A stretch of 39,327 nt of DNA from a virus (Duplodnaviria > Caudoviricetes), in IMG/VR virus record IMGVR_UViG_3300038976_000013, positions 1 to 39,327 of that record; one strand, given 5' to 3'. Under the pieces are notes generated by a model. The model worked only from the letters and a program-made list of their open reading frames with translations, did not search any database and was not told the origin of the DNA. Within the stretch, counting starts at the first letter, position 1. The number at the start of each line of letters is the position of its first letter. Of this stretch, positions 18,007 to 23,301 are shown piece by piece. The position numbers were made by a program, and so were the translations under genes.

Positions 18007-18165
18007 ATGGCGAACCATCGCAAGGAAGACAAGCGAACCGGGCCGCTGACCAACGCGGACAAGACGCTCCAGCCGAAGGACATCGGCGCGCAGGGAAAGC
18101 GCGAGTGGTCCCGACAGGACCCGAAGACCGGCCAGCCCAGTTCCAAGGGCACGCGCCGCGGGTAG
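18007..18165 (+). CDS. Small basic hydrophilic protein (52 aa) inside the ncRNA locus
   Basis: GGGAGA RBS; MANHRKEDKRTG...KGTRRG with high-GC3 codons. Confidence 0.65.
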   Translation: MANHRKEDKRTGPLTNADKTLQPKDIGAQGKREWSRQDPKTGQPSSKGTRRG

Positions 18166-18176
18166 TCTCAGGATCC

Positions 18177-18225
18177 GCCCCGCCCAGATTTGGGATGGCC
18201 GCCCGTTCGAGTCGGGCCAGGGGCA
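18177..18225 (+). ncRNA. tRNA-like element 3 (minimal; T arm clear, 5' end uncertain)
   Basis: T arm GCCCG-TTCGAGT-CGGGC followed by CAGGGGC-A; local partner GCCCC at 18177 and a CCCA-GATT-TGGG hairpin. Confidence 0.4.
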
Positions 18226-18324
18226 CGAGCAGGGCCGGTATGCCGACTGACGAGAGGCCAGCCGGACTCCGGTCCTGCGCAATCCCTCTCCCGTCCAGGG
18301 GGAGCAGACAGAACAGGACAGAAC

Positions 18325-18786
18325 ATGACACACGATCCGTTCAGTGACGCACGACCCGGATTCGTCCGGCTGGAAGACATGATCGGTCGCTTGGTGCTGG
18401 TCAACCCCAAGGAGATCATCACCAAGAAGTCGAACATGAAGGGCCAGGAAGGCAAGGAGTACGACGTGATCGTGGGGGACGTGATCGTCCTCGATGGTGA
18501 TGTTGACGACACGTTCGAAGAGATTCCCGGCACGCACGAGGACGTGCACCTGTCCGGTGCCGCACTGGTCGGCCAGCTCCGGGCCAAGGTCAAGCGTCCG
18601 GCGGACAACGGCGGGCTGGTGCTCGGTCGCGTCAGCAAGCAGAAGAGTCAGACCAAGGGGTTCAACGATGCGTGGATCCTCACGTCCCCGACCGACGATG
18701 ACAAGGTGATCGCCCGGCCGGCGGCCGAGCGGTACATCCGGGACCTCCAGGCCCTGGCTGTCGACCCATTCGCTTCGGCGGACTAA
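18325..18786 (+). CDS. Putative OB-fold / ssDNA-binding protein (153 aa)
   Basis: Beta-rich GRLVLVNP...DVIVLDG...LVGQL...VLGRV...AWIL; DPF at both ends; located downstream of the exonuclease. Confidence 0.55.
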   Translation: MTHDPFSDARPGFVRLEDMIGRLVLVNPKEIITKKSNMKGQEGKEYDVIVGDVIVLDGDVDDTFEEIPGTHEDVHLSGAALVGQLRAKVKRPADNGGLVLGRVSKQKSQTKGFNDAWILTSPTDDDKVIARPAAERYIRDLQALAVDPFASAD

Positions 18787-18875
18787 CCCTAAGCTGGCGG
18801 GGGAGTCGCGACACGTCTCCGGCACCCCGCCACACAACCGGTCCGGAGCTCCCCCGTTCAAGCTCCGGACCACCC

Positions 18876-18953
18876 GATCCCGTAGCTCAACTGGCAGAGC
18901 GGCCACCCGGGTTCAGCACCGGTCAGATGCAGGTTCGAATCCTGCCGGGGTCA
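18876..18953 (+). tRNA. tRNA-like element 4 (pseudo-tRNA; enlarged anticodon arm containing U-UCA)
   Basis: Acceptor GATCCCG/CGGGGTC, TA, D arm GCTC-AACTGGCA-GAGC, T arm GCAGG-TTCGAAT-CCTGC; 28 nt between D and T stems versus the canonical 22-23. Confidence 0.75.
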
Positions 18954-19047
18954 CGAGGGAATGGCGCTCCCGAGCGGGTAAACCGCTGAAAAGCGCAACT
19001 GGCCCGGTGCGCACCGGGTCGGGGCCGATCGTAGATCGGTTTGGCGA

Positions 19048-19120
19048 CGAATAGAGGGTGGGCACCAGTAGCCAGCGTGGATCCGGTCCGTATCGGTGAA
19101 GCTCGCTCACCCTCTATTCG
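19048..19120 (+). repeat. 16-bp inverted repeat (long RNA stem) between tRNA-like elements 4 and 5
   Basis: CGAATAGAGGGTGGGC (19048-19063) pairs with GCTCACCCTCTATTCG (19105-19120), with one G-U pair. Confidence 0.85.
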
Positions 19121-19124
19121 CCCC

Positions 19125-19190
19125 GACCCCGTAGCTCAACGGAACGAGCCCGCGACGGCGGAGATGCAGGTTCGAATCCTGCCGGGGTCA
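19125..19190 (+). tRNA. tRNA-like element 5 (anticodon arm cut to a 4-bp stem and tetraloop)
   Basis: Acceptor GACCCCG/CGGGGTC, D arm GCTC-AACGGAAC-GAGC, CCGC-GACG-GCGG, AGAT; the 31 nt at 19162-19192 are identical to 18925-18955. Confidence 0.75.
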
Positions 19191-19208
19191 CGGTAGTTAC
19201 CGACGAGT

Positions 19209-19685
19209 ATGAAGCGAGACATCATGATCCGTATCACGATTGACGGGGTGTCCGGTCCGCTGGCCGGCCAGCTCATGGCCGACCCCGCCCACGGTGTCAG
19301 CACCATCACGCGCCGGCCGGACGGGTACCAGATCACCGGGGAGTACGAAACCGCGGCGGACGCTGCTCGGCTGATCCTCGCCGTGGACGATGCGCACCGC
19401 GGCGGGGCGTGGCCGACCCGCAAGCGCGCGCTGAGCTTCCTGCGCTGGATCGCACCGGGACGGCCGGCGTGCGCCGGTGAGCAGGATGGCACCGTGCCGC
19501 CCCCACCCCGCCGGCCGGAGAGCCGATTGGTCGACCGGCAGACTCGCAAGCCTCTCCGGATCGAGGACACGCAACCGATCGTCCTGGGCAGGCACGCGAC
19601 CGACCAGCCGACCAGTCAGCTCTCCCGGGGGTTCGTGCCTGGGTTTCCTGACCGTGCTGCGTACTACCCCGTGGTCCGACCGTGA
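19209..19685 (+). CDS. Hypothetical protein (158 aa)
   Basis: ORF directly after tRNA-like element 5 and a GTTACCGAC motif. Confidence 0.65.
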   Translation: MKRDIMIRITIDGVSGPLAGQLMADPAHGVSTITRRPDGYQITGEYETAADAARLILAVDDAHRGGAWPTRKRALSFLRWIAPGRPACAGEQDGTVPPPPRRPESRLVDRQTRKPLRIEDTQPIVLGRHATDQPTSQLSRGFVPGFPDRAAYYPVVRP

Positions 19686-19783
19686 TACTGGACCGATGGG
19701 GAACGACGTTCGCCGTCATCGCCGTACTGGCCGCGTGCGCATTGCTGTGCGCGCCCTGCTGGATCGGATTCGTTCGTGGCTGA
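19682..19783 (+). CDS. Possible small membrane protein (33 aa)
   Basis: GTGA overlap; MILDRWGTTFAVIAVLAACALLCAPCWIGFVRG. Confidence 0.45.
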   Translation: MILDRWGTTFAVIAVLAACALLCAPCWIGFVRG

Positions 19784-19834
19784 GCGACCCCGCTCCGGCG
19801 CCCGACATGATCGTGACGTACGGATGGGCCTGAC

Positions 19835-20029
19835 ATGTTGACCCTGGAGGACAAGGTCCAGCGGTGGATCATCACGGTCTTGTCCGCCGCACTGCTGGTC
19901 CTGGTGCTCTCGATGGCGGGGTGCCGGCCGGAGAGTCCTCCGCCGCCGGATCCGCACCAGAGCGTGCCGGACAAGGTCGCGTGCCGCTGGTCGAACGGTG
20001 AGCGCGCGGACTGTGTGAGCGCTCCGTAG
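19835..20029 (+). CDS. Putative small lipoprotein (64 aa)
   Basis: Hydrophobic signal ending in lipobox-like MAG-C, Pro-rich linker and a Cys pair. Confidence 0.6.
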   Translation: MLTLEDKVQRWIITVLSAALLVLVLSMAGCRPESPPPPDPHQSVPDKVACRWSNGERADCVSAP

Positions 20030-20228
20030 AGCCCGTTTCGTTCCATGGGCGGGGTGCAATGTCCGATTGCCCTGCCAAGTTTTCGATCTTGGTCCGCCTT
20101 GTCCGGTATTGCACATCAACCGATTGGTCAAAGGTAGACAACGATCGACAATACTAGCCAACCTCAGACTGTCTACTGTGGATTTGACCATGACGGACAG
20201 TGAGAACCGACCCAAAATCATGACCCAC

Positions 20229-20255
20229 GACACCCCGACATGTTGTCGGGGTGTC
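20229..20255. repeat. Perfect 12-bp inverted repeat in a non-coding gap
   Basis: GACACCCCGACA-tgt-TGTCGGGGTGTC. Confidence 0.85.
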
Positions 20256-20296
20256 TGTCATTGTCTACCCGACATGTATGCCCTGGTCAGCGTCCC

Positions 20297-20325
20297 TTGC
20301 ACGACAAGGCTAGACAAGACAGACT
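20297..20325 (+). promoter_or_regulatory. Putative promoter TTGCAC-N17-CAGACT for leaderless gene 20332
   Basis: ATG lies 6 nt after the -10 box; contains the ACGACAAGG motif shared with other promoters. Confidence 0.5.
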
Positions 20326-20331
20326 CAAGGA

Positions 20332-20562
20332 ATGACAACCAATGACTTTCAGATCGACCTGGACCTTGACGGCGACCAGGCAGGCTCATTCCGGCTGACG
20401 GTCGGAGACGGCGACGACATCACGGTGTTCTCCGTGTGCGACGCAGACGGAGCGGTGATCGAAGTGAACATGACCCTTCAGGACATGAACGACCTCATCA
20501 CGACACTGAGTACGGCGCTTGGGCAGGCGCTCAAGAACAAGCTCAGCCAAGACGATCTCTGA
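20332..20562 (+). CDS. Small acidic hypothetical protein (76 aa)
   Basis: Asp-rich ORF; last gene before the terminator. Confidence 0.75.
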   Translation: MTTNDFQIDLDLDGDQAGSFRLTVGDGDDITVFSVCDADGAVIEVNMTLQDMNDLITTLSTALGQALKNKLSQDDL

Positions 20563-20579
20563 CAGACTCCATCGCACGC

Positions 20580-20610
20580 AAAAGGCCCCGGCGGCAACCG
20601 GGGCCTTTCT
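20580..20610. terminator. Bidirectional intrinsic terminator
   Basis: AAAGGCCCCGG-cggcaa-CCGGGGCCTTT between convergent genes. Confidence 0.85.
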
Positions 20611-20644
20611 GCTGTTGAACGTCCTGACGCGCGGCCAGGAACGC

Positions 20645-21007
20645 CTACCGTACCGGGCCGACCTCAGGCGCCGTGGGGGCGGGGTCAGAGTTCGGGGTCA
20701 CCTGGGTACGGGTCCCCATCGCCACGACAGCCACGACGAGTACCTGGATCGCGCCGACCAGTTCCTGTGACAGATGCAGCCCGTACGCCATGAGCAGTGC
20801 GGCGCCGACCGTCACGAGGGTCTGGAATGCCGCCGGCCCGACCGGTCGGACGTGGATCGCGTTCCACACGCCGAACACCGCGGCGATGACGGCGACGATC
20901 AGCCCCGCCTGCTCGGCGGACAGCCCGGGAAGCCCGAACGTTACGACCACAGCGAGCAGGGCGGAGATGGTCTGGAGGACCAGTGTTGGTTCAAGCCTGA
21001 GTTTCAT
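20645..21007 (-). CDS. Holin-like multi-pass membrane protein
   Basis: About four hydrophobic helices, EP near the N-terminus and RTQVTP at the C-terminus; last gene of the lysis cassette. Confidence 0.75.
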   Translation of the reverse strand: MKLRLEPTLVLQTISALLAVVVTFGLPGLSAEQAGLIVAVIAAVFGVWNAIHVRPVGPAAFQTLVTVGAALLMAYGLHLSQELVGAIQVLVVAVVAMGTRTQVTPNSDPAPTAPEVGPVR

Positions 21008-21320
21008 GATCTCTCCCCTTGAGTCTGGAGCGCCGGCCGTCCCGCTGGAAGCGGAAGAGCAGTTGCGCTCTCCAGCAGAGTACGGCGAACACCGACCCCC
21101 ACGCGATCATGCGAATGTACGGCCCTGCCGCTTCCGGGATCAGCATCCGGGCCAGGACCAACACGCTGAACACGGCAAATAGGATTCCGAGCACCATTGC
21201 GTTCCGACCGCCGGGGGTCTTCCGCCAGGTGGTCATCGCGTATCTGACCACGAAGATCAACGCGGCGACGAGAGATCCAACCTGAAAGATGATCGTCAAT
21301 AGGTCGGCCGCCCGATGCAC
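20991..21320 (-). CDS. Putative holin / 3-TM membrane protein
   Basis: FVVRY...WRKTPGGRNAM motif and three TM helices; in the lysis cassette. Confidence 0.7.
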   Translation of the reverse strand: MHRAADLLTIIFQVGSLVAALIFVVRYAMTTWRKTPGGRNAMVLGILFAVFSVLVLARMLIPEAAGPYIRMIAWGSVFAVLCWRAQLLFRFQRDGRRSRLKGRDHETQA

Positions 21321-21321
21321 G

Positions 21322-21495
21322 CTATTTCTCCTCCGCTGGCCGCCATATCTTGTCCTGGAAATGGTTCTCTTCCCGGACGCCTTTCATCCATTGTGCCAGG
21401 GCATGCACGCTCGGCCACTTGCCCCGTTGCGTCGTGAGCCGTTCGTCCGCTTCCTGCGCTTCCACGGCGGGATCGGTCGGCTGTTCGGTCATCAT
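21322..21495 (-). CDS. Lysis-cassette hypothetical protein (57 aa, not in the ORF track)
   Basis: MMTEQPTDP...WPSVHALAQWMKGVREENHFQDKI; ATGA overlap with the upstream gene. Confidence 0.7.
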   Translation of the reverse strand: MMTEQPTDPAVEAQEADERLTTQRGKWPSVHALAQWMKGVREENHFQDKIWRPAEEK

Positions 21496-21776
21496 TGCTC
21501 CCCAGACAGTGGGAGCGGCGGGGGCAGGGCCGCACGTGCGAACACCTGCATTGTCGCACTGTACTGAGTTGTCAGCGTGTCAACCTGTTGCGCGGCGACG
21601 TCGGCACGGTCCCGCTCGCGCTCGTACGCGGAGCGCCAGTACGCATTGTCCGCCTCCAGCTTGGACAGCGCTCGATCGACCCACCGGGCCGGCACCAGCC
21701 ACCCGCGCAGGACGGACAGTACCGCCAACCCGAGCAGGCTGGCGGTACTAAGCCATCCGGGATCGATCCCGGTCAC
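21492..21776 (-). CDS. Membrane protein with coiled coil (lysis cassette)
   Basis: TM helix, LRGWLVP motif and WRSAYERER coiled coil. Confidence 0.78.
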   Translation of the reverse strand: MTGIDPGWLSTASLLGLAVLSVLRGWLVPARWVDRALSKLEADNAYWRSAYERERDRADVAAQQVDTLTTQYSATMQVFARAALPPPLPLSGEQ

Positions 21777-22696
21777 GTCGCGTCGTCAGCCGTTTCGAAC
21801 GCGACCCCCGCCGCGGCCAGAGCGGCGGCCAGCTTGTTCTCCCGGGCGAGCGCCTGCGCGTGCGCCAGTTGGAGCGCGTCGAGATCGGATTGCAGCGCCG
21901 TGATCGCGGCGGACTCACCGGCGGCCACTTCGTTGATCCGGGCGATGATCGCGCCCGACTCGACATCCCCGCCCCCGGCGGCCACCGTGGCGGCCAGTGC
22001 GTCGACTTTGGCGGTCAGTGCGGCGATGGCCGCTTCGGTCCGCTTGGCCCGGCGGACCTGTGCCATCGGGGATTTGCTGCCGTCGTTCGCCCAGAAATCG
22101 AAGTCGTACATCACACTGTTGGTGCCGATAGCGGCCATGTTGATGTTGTACTCGTCAAGAGCCACAAGACCCTCCCCTAACAGGACGGCACGGACACCGT
22201 CGTGGTTGTTGAGCGCACGTGCACGGTAGAACGACATGTGACAGTGCCACAAATGCGACGAATCAAACGGCGATCGCGCCGCACCGTCCGAGCACCGGAA
22301 CGTGACGACGTTGTTGCCGTCCAGCGTGCCGGCGAACTCGAACACGTTCGCCAGGCGGGGATCCCGGGCCAGTGCGGCATTGCGCATCCGGGTGGTGAGC
22401 TCGATCATCCGAGCGGTATTGCCCGGCGTGAAATCCAGCGCACAGACGGCGTTCCGGTCGGCCGAGACGTTCAGCGACCCCGCCAGGGAGTAATCCTGGT
22501 CGTGGTCCCGGCTGTCCGGGCTGTTCCGGATCCAGTTCTCCGAGCGGTGAAACCCGGAGTTGTGAACGTTGTTGCCCTTGATTCCGACGCTGTCCGCCGA
22601 CGTGCCGTAATGCGACCGGAGCGCCTGCCCCACCGCGCTGATCGTGCCCGGACTCCACTCGGCCAGAATCCGAGGGTCGTTCATGTTGATGACCAT
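21773..22696 (-). CDS. Endolysin, probable Zn-peptidase (M15/LAS-like) with C-terminal coiled coil (307 aa)
   Basis: GGGAGG RBS; H..GFH, DYS, ALD, DPRL and DSSHLWHCHMSF motifs; sits between tail genes and holins. Confidence 0.78.
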   Translation of the reverse strand: MVINMNDPRILAEWSPGTISAVGQALRSHYGTSADSVGIKGNNVHNSGFHRSENWIRNSPDSRDHDQDYSLAGSLNVSADRNAVCALDFTPGNTARMIELTTRMRNAALARDPRLANVFEFAGTLDGNNVVTFRCSDGAARSPFDSSHLWHCHMSFYRARALNNHDGVRAVLLGEGLVALDEYNINMAAIGTNSVMYDFDFWANDGSKSPMAQVRRAKRTEAAIAALTAKVDALAATVAAGGGDVESGAIIARINEVAAGESAAITALQSDLDALQLAHAQALARENKLAAALAAAGVAFETADDAT

Positions 22697-22737
22697 GCAG
22701 TTCCCTCCCCTTTCTGTCCGAGCGTACGCCGAGCAGG

Positions 22738-22809
22738 TCAGACAGTGCCGAACTGGTGAGCGTACTGGTCCGCGTACAGCACCGGATAAATCTCGGTCAG
22801 CGTTGCCAT
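22738..22809 (-). CDS. Possible micro-ORF (23 aa)
   Basis: MATLTEIYPVLYADQYAHQFGTV after GGAG; fills the gap between tail and lysin genes. Confidence 0.4.
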   Translation of the reverse strand: MATLTEIYPVLYADQYAHQFGTV

Positions 22810-22815
22810 GACGCA

Positions 22816-23301
22816 TCACTCTCCTACGCAGTAGACAGCCAGCCGGGCAACAACCAAGCCAGCGGAGTAGTCCAGTTTCAACGTTGCTGCACCCTGGATC
22901 GAGATCCCCACAGTGACCTGACCAGCGCCCGGGGTGAACGTGCCGTCCATAGAAATCGGCGTGTTTGAGCTCACCACTGGAGCGTGTGTGGCGACAATCC
23001 GGAACTGTGTTCCGGCTGTCGTCACCGTGGCTCCAGCGGCCCATCGCAACCGAAACGTCGCGAGCGCCGGAGCGCCGGCAGACGCCTGGTACGCGCCGTC
23101 AAAATGCACCTGGTACTTGGCCGCTGCAATCGCGGTGAACGTCGCCGTGATGTGGAACGATTCCGCGGCGGAGGTGGTCCCCGCGGTGGCGAACTGTTCA
23201 GTGATGAACCCCTGCGCGGCCACCCGGTCCAGGATCGTGGACATCTCGGTAGCCGTCACCCGGTGCAGTGCCGGCAGTGACGGACGTGCGGCCCAGGTCA
23301 T
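22816..23301 (-). CDS. Minor tail / receptor-binding protein (161 aa)
   Basis: ATGA-coupled to the large tail gene; Thr/Ala-rich beta-sandwich sequence. Confidence 0.7.
   Translation of the reverse strand: MTWAARPSLPALHRVTATEMSTILDRVAAQGFITEQFATAGTTSAAESFHITATFTAIAAAKYQVHFDGAYQASAGAPALATFRLRWAAGATVTTAGTQFRIVATHAPVVSSNTPISMDGTFTPGAGQVTVGISIQGAATLKLDYSAGLVVARLAVYCVGE

Noticed and set aside
17862-18225. True tmRNA (similar size, T arm at the 3' end, internal ORF)
   Set aside because: No G3-U70 alanine acceptor; the ORF has its own RBS and ATG and lacks an Ala-Ala degradation-tag ending.
18246-18300. CTGACGA resembles the hammerhead ribozyme core CUGANGA
   Set aside because: No GAAA follows a plausible stem II, and stems I and III could not be built.
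17692-18324. Long N-terminal extensions of track ORFs 17692-18165 and 18190-18786
   Set aside because: They run through tRNA-like structures; better-supported starts are at 18007 and 18325.
18876-18953. Selenocysteine tRNA, or genome-wide UGA recoding
   Set aside because: No long variable arm or extended acceptor stem, no sel genes, and TGA clearly serves as a stop in many ATGA/GTGA overlaps.
22697-23044. Endolysin start at 23044 (423 aa)
   Set aside because: It would overlap the minor tail gene; a strong RBS supports ATG 22696.
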